A stretch of 64,000 nucleotides of DNA from an uncultured bacterium (lineage in GTDB: Bacteria > Babelota > Babeliae > Babelales > Vermiphilaceae), in assembly GCA_963727255.1 (NCBI GenBank), contig CAVSFC010000002.1, positions 64,001 through 128,000 of the forward strand. Direction: 5' to 3'. The notes below the pieces were generated by a model that made no database searches, was not told the origin of the DNA, and was given only the letters and a program-made list of their open reading frames with translations. Positions 28,720-41,867 of this stretch are shown here, one piece after another. Numbering within the stretch: position 1 is the first letter of the stretch; every line of letters begins with the position of its first letter. Position numbers and translations under genes: made by a program.

Positions 28720-30352
28720 ATGCAAACATATAAAATTCGTGGAATTTCTATCTTTTTCTTCTTTTGCCTGTGCTATTTAATAGTTTTGGGTAATCTGGTC
28801 TATTTGCAACTCATTCAACATTCATTTTTTACTCAATTGGGCGAAAAGCAGTATCATGTTACCATCACTAATTATCCGCCTCGAGGCATTAATTCTTGAT
28901 CGGTCAGGAAAATTTCTGGCAATCAATAAAGATACCTTGGCAGCTTTTATGTTGCCGCGTCAACTTGAAATGCGTCCGCAATTAGAAAAATTTTTAGCAA
29001 AACATTTTCCCGCTGCACTCGAACGGTTAAAATCCCATGAGAATGCTCACTTTCTTTATATCCAGCGCAAATTAACTCCAGAGCAATTGCAACTCATCCA
29101 GCAGAGCGCCATAACCGATATTAAAATTCTTGCTGAACCTAATCGCTTTTATCCGTTGCCGGCCGCTGCCTCATTGATAGGAATTACCGATATTGATAAT
29201 AAAGGTTTATTTGGACTTGAGTTACAATTTGATAAACAGCTTGCCGGCACACCAAGCACCGTAATGCTAGAAAAAGATGCTCGCTCGGGGCATTTTTATT
29301 TCACAAAAGAAACCACGCAAGAAGGCCTCAATGCCCAACCGCTGCGCTTAACCATCGATAGCGATCTGCAATTCTTAGCTCATGAAGCATTGCAAGAGAC
29401 CATTGATAAATATCATGCTAAAGAAGGTGCGGTAATTATTATGGATCCCAACACGGGCGACATTCTTGCCATGACCAATTATCCAAGTTTTAATCCCAAT
29501 AATTTTGCAGAAAAAGATCTTGCTATCACCAAAAATACGGTGCTCACTGAAGCGTATGAATTAGGCTCTGTTTTTAAAATTCCATCCGCGTTGGCAGCAC
29601 TCGAAGAAAGAGTGGTTACCCCGGAAGAACTGATCGATTGCAAGAATGCAGAAACCGCCTATATTGATGGGCGCAAAATAAATACGGTGCATGCAGCCGG
29701 AATTATTCCTTTTGAAGAAGTAATTACCACACTCAAATAATATTGGCATCGCGCAAGTAGCCCAACGGGTAGGTCCAAAATTATATGATCATTATAGCAG
29801 GCTCGGATTTGGCAAAAAAAGTGGAATTCCATTTCCCGGGCGAAAACAAAGGATTTATCAATCCTCCAGCAAATTGGTCCAAACAATCGATAATTTCACT
29901 CTCCTATGGCTATGAAGTTTCAGCGAACCTTTTCCAGTTGGCCCGCGCATTTTGCATCATCGCCAATGGAGGCTATTGGATTGATCCACGTTTAATTTTT
30001 GAGGAACCGAGGCATACGAAAACAAGAGAAATTATATTCCGATGAAAGCATCGCTATAATTCAAGAACTTCTTGAAAAAACAACCGCACAAGGAACTGCG
30101 CGTAAAGCGCATATCAAAGGATATCGCATTATGTGCAAAACCGGCACTGCCAACATGCTTGAGAATGGCCACTATAATCATGATCGCAATATTTTCACCT
30201 GCGCCGGCATCGTTGAAAAAGATGGATATCAAAAAGTAATAGTGGTCTTTATTAAAGAAGTTGCTCAAAAAGATCTCTATGCTGCCACTGTTGCAGCGCC
30301 ACTTTTTGAGCAAATTGCAGAAAAAATATTGATTAAAGATCGGATTATTTAA
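28720..30352 (+). CDS. ftsI: Class B penicillin-binding protein (FtsI-like); frameshifted
   Basis: N-terminal TM, ILDRSG, GLFGLE, LTIDSDLQ, YELGSVFK (SxxK), KTGTA. Confidence 0.88.
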
Positions 30353-33300
30353 ACTTCAATCTTTATAACTTTTAAATTACTCGCACTACTGTGTTTCTCT
30401 TTAAATTTTTTTATAAACTCTATGTTGGGATCAACAACCGCACCAATTGGATCAGGATTTGGAATAAGCTCAATACCATTTACTCCAACAAAATAGGTTC
30501 CTTGGCCATGCACAAGAAGCAGTTTATTTATAAGAGCGTTGAGCGCGGGTATATTGTCAAGGGTCAATTGTTTCAAACCCATAATAACTCCAATCCTGGT
30601 GAGCACTGATTTGAGCCCATCCCAGCCTACCGCTCTATCGGCAAAATGCTCCTGAAAATAGATCCATGCCTTTAGGCAATACGCCGATAAATCATTGGTT
30701 TTCAATGCAAGCGCCATATCGCAACAATTCAAACATTTTTTATAACAATCAAGGGCTAAAGTTGGCTTATTCTCTTTAAAAGCATATTGTGCCTTCAAAA
30801 ACGCTATCCATGCTGCCGCAGTGTACGTTTTTGCTATAAAATCTTTTTTTTGATCAAGGTTTTTATCAGAAGTTGCACGTTCCTGAATCCATTTTTCAAA
30901 TTTTTTTTCAAAATCAGTTGCTCGGAATATATGAACCAAAGAATTACTTACTTCCTGAATACCTACGGCTGTCTCACATGCTTGCAGCAACGATCCCAGT
31001 ATACTGTGATCACTCGTGGCTTCCATTTTTCCGCGGATAGCAAAATATACTTCATAAAAAGGAATAATTTTTTTTATCTTTTCATTATTCGTAGCAAGAG
31101 CAAGTACTTGGGCAATATTCTCTTCTTCTTCAAGCATCTTGAGCAATTTTGGATCATCAAGGCATGCTTGCACCATCAAAACTGCCGCATCTACATTCTC
31201 TGGGTTCTTTTTAAGTATATCTGAGGCATATGTATACGATTCAGCACTTTGTTTTTCAGAGCTCAAGTGGCGCGCCATTGTTAACGCAGACCTGGTGTTT
31301 CCCTTTTTTATCAAATCGAGCAATATTGATTTTCCCATCTTCAAATTTTTAGAAATAGCAGGATGCAATTTATTTCCCTCCAAATAAAGCGCACCCAAGA
31401 CACATCCTGCATCAGCATCCCCATTATTATAAGCAGTCTGCAGATCCTTCATGCCTGCATTAATACGTACTTGAGGATATACCTTATCCAATGATGTTAC
31501 AATCTGTAAAAGTCCGCTCAAACGTTTAAATGGCTCTTGAGCTATCTTCTTTTCAGTAATAGCATTCAATTTCTTAATGACATCATCAGCTTCTTCCGAC
31601 ATTGTTTTAAAATGCTGTACCCATCGCGCATATCGAATGCGCTCTTCCAGCATTTGAGCCATATTACAAAATGGAAGGAGTAGTGTATCCATAGCGCTCG
31701 GGTTTTTTTTGTAATCAGGGAACCCTAATTGTGCAATGCGGTCAACAAAAATCCCCACTGCTCCAAACCACCAGCGTGGATTACTCTTGGTTTTAAGGAA
31801 TGCAATTAATGCATCTGCAGTTCCGGATTCAAAAAAATAATTTCTATCTTGAGCGCTTGGGGAGTTATAAGCTAGGGCTTCAATTTCTCGAATCCAATTA
31901 AATAATTTTTCATAATCCTGCGCTTCTGGATTTTCGTTTGCCATTACTAATGTGGTTTTTAAACGAGCCATACGTATCTGAAAATTCTTAGAATCCGCCA
32001 AACTTTCATTTGCAAGATTCACGGCCTCCCGATATGAGCCATCTTTCATATTCTTGCAGTTAATAAGCGCTTTAATAAAATAATCACGCGCTAATTCATC
32101 AGAACGTTCTACCAAAAGACCATCCCGATACATGAGCCCTAAATAAGCGTAAGCGCGAGGATCCGATCTTCTTATTGCTTCTTCTCTTAATAATTCAAAA
32201 GCTCGAGAATAGTTTTTTGTTTTAGTATGACACTCAAGCGCTTGCTGTATAGAATCTTTTTTGGGCTCCGGCTGATTAGTTTGAGAATTATCATTTTTGA
32301 CATTACTAGTTGGCTCAGGAATTTTACTAAGCACTTCTTGTATCTGTTCACGCATTTGTGTGGTAATTGCCCCACCACAATTTGGATGATAATGATACCC
32401 TTGGGTATCAATCACTTTTAAACATTCAACAGCTTCCTCTTCACCCGCTAAAGAAGCCTTAGATAAAAATTCAATGCCCAACTCTAAAGCCGATTGCCCT
32501 TTATCTAATTTGCCATCGAGAAGAGCAGCCGCGAGAGTAAATTGTGCCTCCGGATATCCTTTGCCAGCGGAGGACTTTAATAATGATAGTGCTTCTTGGC
32601 TCGAGAATTCATCTTTATCTGTACGAAATTTTTGAGCAGCACTGTCAAAAGCTAATTGCAATGAAGCTTCATACTCAACCTGCGCAACGGTTACTATTTT
32701 TTTTGCAGTATCGCCAAATAATTTTTTTACCGGGCCCGCTTTCTCTAACAAATCGATGATTCTTTTGAATTCGGTAAGAATACGTTGCGGATCTTCAACT
32801 AATGAAACGGTTTTTTGTTGAGCTTGATTAAAAAGAACAGCTGCCAGGCCATACTGAGCCCACGCTTCTCCTTCGTTTGCTTTTTCCTCTAATACTGAAA
32901 ATAGCTTTGCTGCAGCAACAAAAATACTTTCTTGCGCATGATCTTGCGCGTGATCGCCCGGTTTGGCAATTAACTCCTCTGCTTCAATGATATGTTTTAA
33001 TGCCACTTCAGGTGCCGTATCGATTAATACATGAGCCATGAGATAGTGGCTTCTCGCGCTCAATTCTAAAGCGCCCGGCTCTTTGGAAGAAAAAAATAGT
33101 TCACTGATTTTCCGCGTATACGCACTTGCTTCCTGTTTCTTTGCAGGAGATTCAGCAACTTCCCATTGCCTATGCCAAACGTTTATTGCAAGTGAAATGT
33201 CCGCTGGAACAGGATTTTTAATGCGTGGCCCTACTAATTCAATTGCCTCATCATTGCCTGCAAGCGCTACCCAGTCTATCCATTTATCAAGCTCTTTAAG

Positions 33301-34992
33301 GCAATTTTCATCTAATAGATCTTTGCGTTTAAATCTATGCACTAAATCATGCAAAAACATAACTGCATGGGCATGAATAATCAATGCGCCAAGCGTAGGA
33401 TCATTCTTTCCGCGTGCCCACTCTACCATGCGATCTTTTACAGAGTGTATAAAAGATATTTCTTTATCATCTATCTGTTTTCTTTTGAGACAGCGCTTAA
33501 ATAGGCGCTCATTGCTTGCCGTGCCACATTACATATATCTTGATGCTCAAGACCATACTCCACAATTGCCTTCAATTCTTCAATATCACTCATCTTAACC
33601 GCATGCATAAAATAGTTATAAACTGCTTCAGGCAAATCTTTTTGAAGTTGTTCATGGAGTATTTTTGCAGCGGAAAAGCAAAGACTTGCATCGGTAGAAT
33701 AGATGCGAGCATCCTGTTGTAATAACATTTTGCCAATGGATGCCAATTGGTTTACATTGTGCGCTTTGCCTAAATGCAAAATCGCTTTATCCAGGTTTGG
33801 GTTCAGTACATCCGGAATACCATTCAGATAGAGAGCAGCAAGCTCATTGTGCACATCTATAGTAAGCGGAAGATGGTGCATGAGTTTTTCAAGAATCGGA
33901 AGCATGGTGGCAACAAGTGGCGCTGTATCGCTATCACTATCCCAAGTAACATTAAACGAATCACTCTGGGAATGGTGATCTTTTGGCTTAAGCTTTTCGA
34001 TATCAGCAAAAGTAGCCCCGATGGCTCCTTTTAAATACTCATGCAAACTGTGAGACTCAAGATTATATTCTACCATCCTCCATGCAGCATGCGCATTTTC
34101 TTGCAAAATCAAATGAGTCAAAAAACTATTTCCGGCTTCTTTTAGGATTTGTACATTTTTATTTTCTTCGCTGATTATTTTTGCAGATTCAGCGATTTGC
34201 AAAAGCTTTATACCAAGCTCCAACGCCTGATCCGATTTTGTTTGAATGAGATCTTTTTTTGCTCGCGAAAATCCTCGGTTCTCAAGAATCTGAATAACTG
34301 CATTAATAGTGCGTTTGAAGACACTTTTCTTGATACCTTTTTCCATTTTCAAACGATAGAAATAAGAATCGATTGCTTGCACCACAGATTGGGTTTGATG
34401 TTCTTGCGGACGCTTATTTTGTTTAAGCATTTTGCAAACTGCTTGCTGCAAACGGTCAGGTTGCCCATTCAATTGCGCTATATATTGTTGGACCCCAGGA
34501 AGATAGAAAAATGAAGAATCCGAAAACTGCCGAATCTGGCTTGCATCAATTAGTAACTGTCGCCCCATACCTTCAATTGAAAGTGGATCATGTGTTTGTG
34601 CAATTGAAGGTACCAGTTCAGGGTTAAGCAACAGTGAAGCAGCACTAAACTTAGATAGAAGATCATTATATGCTGCTCCGCGCAACGCCCATGATAAACC
34701 TTCCTCATAGAACTCATTGCGCAATGCGATTGATGTAAGTGTACGGATTGCGCTCACAGATGGCTTTTCCGGATCGGTTGCTAAAGCAAGCAAACCCTTC
34801 AATCCTTCCTCATCAGCATTATCTTGTTGAAACTCTTGCTTTCGCCCTTTCAAGGCGTTCCGAATTTTCTGGATCAAGAGGATACATAATTGCATCATGC
34901 TCATCTACACTTATTGAAGGAGGAAGAATTTGTTCCATCGCGTGTAAAGAAAATGAAATCAAAAAACCTAAACCAGCAATCCGTTTATACAT
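30349..34992 (-). CDS. Very large exported Sel1-like/TPR repeat protein; split into three ORFs by frameshifts
   Basis: Signal ..SLHAME; Sel1-like motifs AYAYLGLMYRDG..A..YF, AGCVLGALYLEG, GYPEAQFTLA. Confidence 0.75.
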
Positions 34993-35379
34993 AAAAATCC
35001 TAATATGATGCAGAAATATTATTTTTTTGATTGCAATGGTAGAGGCAAATGCCCTAAAAAGCAAGAATTGAAAGACGTTATTAGATAAAATAATGATTTT
35101 ATAACTTATTTCTTTTTTATGACGCAACGCCCTTTGATAAGACTGGAAAATCCAATAGCTCAGTAACTGCGGATCAGCGAGCTTGAGGTTGGCAAAATTT
35201 AGTGTGCCTGTTTAAAAGCTTGCCCAAGCTCATTATAATATCTCTCTACAATTTTTTTATATTATTATTCATTGATTTTCTGCTTGTTAATATCGAAGAA
35301 ATTCATTCTAATTAACTATAAAAAAAACACCCAATAAGTAATTAGGATGCCAAGATAAATAAGTAATCGGTTTGAAAAA

Positions 35380-35604
35380 TTAATTTTTTACATTTGCGCA
35401 CAAATCGCACACGGTTAAACAATCATCTTTACAGTCGTCGCAACAACCAGAAGTAACTTGTTTACAATTTCCCGCTCCAGATTTTTTAGCAATCGTGCAT
35501 TCACGCAAACAGCGCTCGTGGCAGTTTTTGCATGCCGTTGCACAAACTTCCTGACAACTTACCTTGATTGTTTGCCCTTCTTCTTCTCTTCTCTTTCTTT
35601 CCAT
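35380..35604 (-). CDS. Small cysteine-rich protein (13 Cys, CxxxC/CxxC spacing), putative metal binder
   Basis: AAGGAG RBS; CQEVCATACKNCHERCLREC and CCDDCKDDCLTVCDLC. Confidence 0.7.
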   Translation of the reverse strand: MERKRREEEGQTIKVSCQEVCATACKNCHERCLRECTIAKKSGAGNCKQVTSGCCDDCKDDCLTVCDLCANVKN

Positions 35605-35715
35605 TGCTTTACTCCTTGAGAATTATTAAAAAAAGGGCAAGAATTCACGAAATAAAGATTTATTGCGCATTGCAATGGCTTTAATTTCAATTCATGCCCA
35701 TTTTTTATTTACTGC

Positions 35716-35931
35716 TTACTCGCAGTTACATTTAGCTTTAGGGCCTTTGTGAGCTCCACACCAACCATTTTTCTTTTGTTCTGGTTGTTGTGCATTGCCA
35801 GCTTGACCTTGTTTTTGCTCAGATTTGCCATGTTGTTGGCCTTGCTTTTGTTGGCCTTGTTGCTGACCTTGACCATCTTTTTGTGCGTTTGGATTCCATC
35901 CGCCTTTTGGATTTTTATTACTATCGTTCAT
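35716..35931 (-). CDS. Small G/Q-rich hydrophilic protein
   Basis: AAGGAG RBS; GQQ repeats; C-terminal WCGAH..CNC. Confidence 0.7.
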   Translation of the reverse strand: MNDSNKNPKGGWNPNAQKDGQGQQQGQQKQGQQHGKSEQKQGQAGNAQQPEQKKNGWCGAHKGPKAKCNCE

Positions 35932-36022
35932 CGTATACTCCTTCTTAAAATTAGGTAAATGAACATTTTAATAAACTTAAATAACGAGACCTTAATGCTC
36001 GTATTTTTACATACGCGATTTA

Positions 36023-36253
36023 CTAGTTATTGTCTTTCTTCCAGCTATCCTTACCGCGTTCTTCTTCAGACTTAACATCTTCTTTTTTGTAGTTTACTGG
36101 TCTTTGTTCGTTGCCTTTTGAAGAGTTTGATTCATCTCTTCGATTTTCGTTTTGGAAAGGCTTTTGTTGACCGTGGCCATGTTTTTGCGGTTGATTTGGT
36201 TGGCCCTGCTTTTGATCATTCATATTCGGGTTTTTAGGATTTTGACCGTTCAT
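36023..36253 (-). CDS. Small N/Q/K-rich hydrophilic protein
   Basis: TAAGGAG RBS; N-terminus resembles the neighbour (NPK..NPN..K.GQ). Confidence 0.7.
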   Translation of the reverse strand: MNGQNPKNPNMNDQKQGQPNQPQKHGHGQQKPFQNENRRDESNSSKGNEQRPVNYKKEDVKSEEERGKDSWKKDNN

Positions 36254-36321
36254 AAAAATACTCCTTACTTTATTTAAAATACCTATACCTGATGGACCTT
36301 TTTTTGATCCATCTTAACCCT

Positions 36322-36352
36322 ATACTAGCAGATATTATTTCTCATAGTCAAT
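36322..36352 (-). promoter_or_regulatory. Sigma70-like promoter for the small-protein cluster
   Basis: TTGACT-N18-TAGTAT with TG extension, minus strand. Confidence 0.4.
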
Positions 36353-36478
36353 AGTATCAAAAAGTCCATATTTTAATGTTTTTTTAAAAAAATCATATAT
36401 TTTCTAATATAAACTTTGTTAAAGTAAAAAATAGGTAGAGATATAGCATTAACCTAGTATTAAAAAAGGAGATAAATC

Positions 36479-36667
36479 ATGGCCAAATACGGTAAAAAAG
36501 CCCAAAAAGACGTCAAAAGAGCAATGCATGAAATGAAACGAGGCGAACTTAAATCCGGCAGATCACATAAGACAGTGAAAAGCCGAAAGCAGGCAATCGC
36601 CATTGGACTATCTGAAGCTCGAAAGGCTGGTGGAAAAGTTCCTAGAAAAGCAAAGTCAGCACGGTAA
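36479..36667 (+). CDS. DUF6496-like small basic protein
   Basis: AMHEMKRGELKSG...VKSRKQAIAIGLSEARKAG. Confidence 0.85.
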   Translation: MAKYGKKAQKDVKRAMHEMKRGELKSGRSHKTVKSRKQAIAIGLSEARKAGGKVPRKAKSAR

Positions 36668-36672
36668 AAAAT

Positions 36673-36698
36673 AAAGGCGTGCGAACACGCACGCCTTT
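36673..36698 (+). terminator. Rho-independent terminator
   Basis: AAAGGCGTGCG-AACA-CGCACGCCTTT. Confidence 0.8.
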
Positions 36699-36821
36699 TA
36701 CTTTATTTACATGTACAACTTTTTTTGCCGCACTTTTTACACATAAAGGAACTCCTCATTTTAAATTTTATTAATAAGGCTATTGTTGGTATAAAGAATA
36801 TATAATAAATGGTTAAAAAAA

Positions 36822-37583
36822 ATGAAGATATTAAAAGAAATTATACTAAAAAATATAGTAAGATTAGTAATTTTGCTCGTTCTAGCCGCTGCAGGTAACT
36901 CTTCTATCTCCATGGAAGTTGCTGGAGCGATACCTAAGGAACAAGAACAAAAACTTCCAGAAAATGAACAACTCGTTTTAAAAGAAGAAAAAACACTCCG
37001 AGAATTACGAGAAGAAGAAAAGAAATTTGAAGCCGAATTAGGGCTTACATCAGGCAAAAAAACTCCCTATAACATCTGGCTTGAAATAACTAATGAAGAA
37101 AACAAACCATATAAGATTCTCGTGAATAATACTTTTACCAACTTAGTAAAAACTATAGAACCGAAACAGCCAAAAAGTTTGCTTCTTCAGTTTGAAGGAA
37201 TCTCTGATACCTTATCTGTTTTAAGTGTGGGCTTTGCAGAAGATTTGACATTGTTAAACTGGGTTAAAAGAAACCCGCGGCTTTATCTAAATTTAACTGC
37301 GTATCGCTACAAAAACCCCGATGTGCCAGCCTATTTAACTCTTCAGCTACGCAGCCGTGATTCTTATTTTAATAAAACCCTCTATTATGATGAAACTGAA
37401 AACAATTATGTTGTGAATATTAAATTGGAAGGAGACAATCTTCAAAGAACAACAATATCTGTTCAGCCGGCAACTCAAAAGCATCTTGTCGAAATAAAGG
37501 AAGCAGAGGCAAAGAGAGATACTCTAATCAAAAACCTGCAAAGAACTGGATCACGTCTCCTGCCTAAAATGATTCCTCAATAA
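36822..37583 (+). CDS. Exported hypothetical protein
   Basis: Signal ..SSISME; coiled coil followed by a beta-rich region. Confidence 0.7.
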   Translation: MKILKEIILKNIVRLVILLVLAAAGNSSISMEVAGAIPKEQEQKLPENEQLVLKEEKTLRELREEEKKFEAELGLTSGKKTPYNIWLEITNEENKPYKILVNNTFTNLVKTIEPKQPKSLLLQFEGISDTLSVLSVGFAEDLTLLNWVKRNPRLYLNLTAYRYKNPDVPAYLTLQLRSRDSYFNKTLYYDETENNYVVNIKLEGDNLQRTTISVQPATQKHLVEIKEAEAKRDTLIKNLQRTGSRLLPKMIPQ

Positions 37584-37671
37584 TCATTGAATTACAAAAA
37601 ATAAAGATTAAAGTTCTTAACTAGTTCTGATACGATGGATTACTGTGTAAAAAGATATACTCAGAGTCAGC

Positions 37672-38388
37672 ATGAAAAAAAAATATATTTTTATTCTGAT
37701 CTTTTTAATAGTTCCACCCTTGCAATCAATGGATTTGAGCGAGTTCACTACTCAGCCAACCGAGGAGCTATTCCCGGGCACATTTGAATTTCCCAATTTA
37801 GAACAACTTCCGCAACTATCTGAATCCATTCTGCAAGATGTAGCACTCAATAATAACGCCCTAGCTGCAGAAAAAAAAATGATTCTTGCTCAAGTGCCCT
37901 ATAAAAATAAAACAGTGATCAAACTGAGCTGGAGAAAAATAAAAACACTGAAATGCGAATTGTGCAATAAAGTTTTTTCATCAGAACGCACTTTGAATCA
38001 TCATTTGAAAAGGAAGACACATAAATCAAATTTAGTTCCCGAGCTAAATATTGAATGGATCAATGAAAAGCCCAGCGCAGTTTCTCCAGAACTTGAACAG
38101 AACTCCTCCTCAAGCGGTGAAAATTACCCAACAAATTACACTGCTCAGGTAGCTTTAGCCAAACAACTTTTTTTAGCTGAGGGTCAACCAAGAGATAAAA
38201 ACGTAGTCAAATTTAATTTGGAAAAAGAACATAAGTTTGCTTGTACTCTTTGCGAGATCACATTTGAAACGAGCAAAAAACTAAATTACCACAATAGGAG
38301 AAATCACTTACTAAAATGCCACTTATGCGATTTTAAATATGCAAGCAATAAGCAATTGAATAAGCATGTGAGAGAAAAACATGCTTAA
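37672..38388 (+). CDS. Exported protein with three C2H2 zinc fingers
   Basis: CELC..F..L..H..H, CTLC..H, CHLC..H; signal ..LQSMD. Confidence 0.88.
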   Translation: MKKKYIFILIFLIVPPLQSMDLSEFTTQPTEELFPGTFEFPNLEQLPQLSESILQDVALNNNALAAEKKMILAQVPYKNKTVIKLSWRKIKTLKCELCNKVFSSERTLNHHLKRKTHKSNLVPELNIEWINEKPSAVSPELEQNSSSSGENYPTNYTAQVALAKQLFLAEGQPRDKNVVKFNLEKEHKFACTLCEITFETSKKLNYHNRRNHLLKCHLCDFKYASNKQLNKHVREKHA

Positions 38389-39028
38389 AATGTATTCTTT
38401 TTTCCTGATCTTTTTAACGATTCCATTCTTCTTGCAATCAATGGATTTGAGCGAATCAGAGTGGCAGAGCTACTATGATGATCTGATTAAATCAATTTTG
38501 GCATCCCCCGATTTAGATGAAAAATCTGATATTAAATTTGTGGCTCCCCGGAATAGTAGCCCATTTGAGATTCACCAAGAAGAGGCAGAAACAAAAAACA
38601 GCACCCAAAATACTATCACTGCCACTGTAGAAAAAGAAATGACACCTTCAAAAACACAACCTCAAGATACTCGGTTCATTAATTTTCATATGTTTGGAGA
38701 ACTGAAGTGCAAATTCTGCGATAGAACTTTCTCATCAGAACAGAGATTAGAGCGCCACACGCAGCTCTGCCATAGAGAAAAAGTACTATTGGTTTCTTAT
38801 AGATGCGATAAAGAAACCTGTAACCTTGCATTTCGATCAGCAGCAGGCTTATCTAATCACAAACGTGCTCATTGGGAACAAAAATTGATCTGTAACGAGT
38901 GCGGCAAACATTTTAAACTTAACGGATCTCTTAATAATCATTTAAAAAAAAAGCACCAAATCTCGAATAATTCTAGCCTGAAGAATATCGAGGATGATAA
39001 TTCCCGTGCGAAATCAACAAATTCTTGA
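38381..39028 (+). CDS. Exported protein with three C2H2 zinc fingers
   Basis: CKFC..H, CDKETC..HKRAH, CNECGKHF..L..H..H; signal ..LQSMD. Confidence 0.88.
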   Translation: MLKMYSFFLIFLTIPFFLQSMDLSESEWQSYYDDLIKSILASPDLDEKSDIKFVAPRNSSPFEIHQEEAETKNSTQNTITATVEKEMTPSKTQPQDTRFINFHMFGELKCKFCDRTFSSEQRLERHTQLCHREKVLLVSYRCDKETCNLAFRSAAGLSNHKRAHWEQKLICNECGKHFKLNGSLNNHLKKKHQISNNSSLKNIEDDNSRAKSTNS

Positions 39029-39080
39029 AACTCGACTCTGCGATTTGCCTATATTTTATTGCGCATAAATTAATTACTTT

Positions 39081-39123
39081 AAAATAAAAGCGGCTCACCT
39101 GATTGGCGAGCCGCTTTTATTTT
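39081..39123. terminator. Bidirectional terminator after groEL
   Basis: AAAATAAAAGCGGCTC...GAGCCGCTTTTATTTT. Confidence 0.85.
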
Positions 39124-39138
39124 AACATGCAATGTTTA

Positions 39139-40811
<1,673 letters not shown>

Positions 40812-40821
40812 TTATTCATTT

Positions 40822-40858
40822 TCATGCTGAGAAGGCCTATAAGGCTGTCTCGAAGCAT
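40822..40858. repeat. Family A-type palindromic repeat between groES and groEL
   Basis: TCATGCTGAGAAGGCC-TATA-AGGCTGTCTCGAAGCAT; same architecture as 6153-6195. Confidence 0.65.
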
Positions 40859-41145
40859 TACTCAACAATTCCTAAAATTTCTTCTTCACGAATTACCAAT
40901 GTATCTTGGCCATGCACTTCTGTGCCTGCATATTTGCCAAAATAAACTTTATCACCAACTTTAACGGCAGGTTTAATCAAGTTGCCTTCTTTATCAGCTT
41001 TGCCCGGGCCAACTGCTAAAACTTCGCCAATTTGGGCTTTTTCTTTTGCCGCATCAGGAATATAAATGCCGCCAGCAGTTTTTTCTTGTCCTTCAAGCCG
41101 TTTTACCAAGACTCGATCGCCTAATGGTTTGAATTTTTCAAACAT
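40858..41145 (-). CDS. groS: Co-chaperonin GroES
   Basis: [35 protein letters not shown]. Confidence 0.97.
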   Translation of the reverse strand: MFEKFKPLGDRVLVKRLEGQEKTAGGIYIPDAAKEKAQIGEVLAVGPGKADKEGNLIKPAVKVGDKVYFGKYAGTEVHGQDTLVIREEEILGIVE

Positions 41146-41229
41146 AGTTGCTCCCATTTATAATGTTATTAAATAATTTTAAATACTGTACTTTTTACCA
41201 TTACCCTTGAAATAGTATAGAAAAAAATC

Positions 41230-41745
41230 TTAAAAATTCAATGTATTTTATCTGAGTAGCAACAGCACTCAGATTTTGCCACTGACTCTTAGCAGCAACC
41301 GCCCTGATTTGTCTCTGATTGGCAGCAAGAATCCGCTCTTGCAGGTTTGCATCAGCACGCAACATCCGTCATCTTCAATTTTTCGCTAATTCTTTATTTT
41401 CCGGAGTCGGCTGATAGAGATCAAGAATATTGCCTGATGGATCCTGGATGCTGGCCATAATGCCATGCGCAGCTTCAGTTGGCTTATCAAGGAAGCTTAA
41501 AGCCTCTTTTTGAGCCTCATAAAAAGCAGCCAAATCGGCTACTTCAAAGACAATTCCGGTGCGATTTAAATTAACTTTTTCATCCGTTGGGCATAGGCCA
41601 ATTTGCAGATCATTGATCTTAAATTCTGCCCAGCGATCATTAACATGAAAAACCAGCGTAACCCAAGTTTTTTATAGAAATCTACTGCTGCTTGCAAATC
41701 ATTTTGCATAACAATAACCATAGCGACTTTTTTGACTGCGTTCAT
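41230..41745 (-). CDS. VOC/glyoxalase-family protein with a Cys-rich tail; frameshifted, 3' end uncertain
   Basis: DLQAAVDFY, WAEF, IVFEVADL, QDPSGNILDL across frames. Confidence 0.7.
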
Positions 41746-41867
41746 AAAGGAAAAACCCCTAAAAAAAGATGTACTTTTCAGTCTATCAGCTTTCAGAATA
41801 ACTAGCATTCTTCCTGCTAAAAATCAAACATATGATGAAAAATATAGACAGAAAGGAAAGTTAGCTT

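Noticed and set aside
41251..41273. TCTGAGT..GCACTCAGA palindrome upstream of groES as a CIRCE element
   Set aside because: Arm order and spacing do not match TTAGCACTC-N9-GAGTGCTAA, and it lies in the probable VOC tail coding region.
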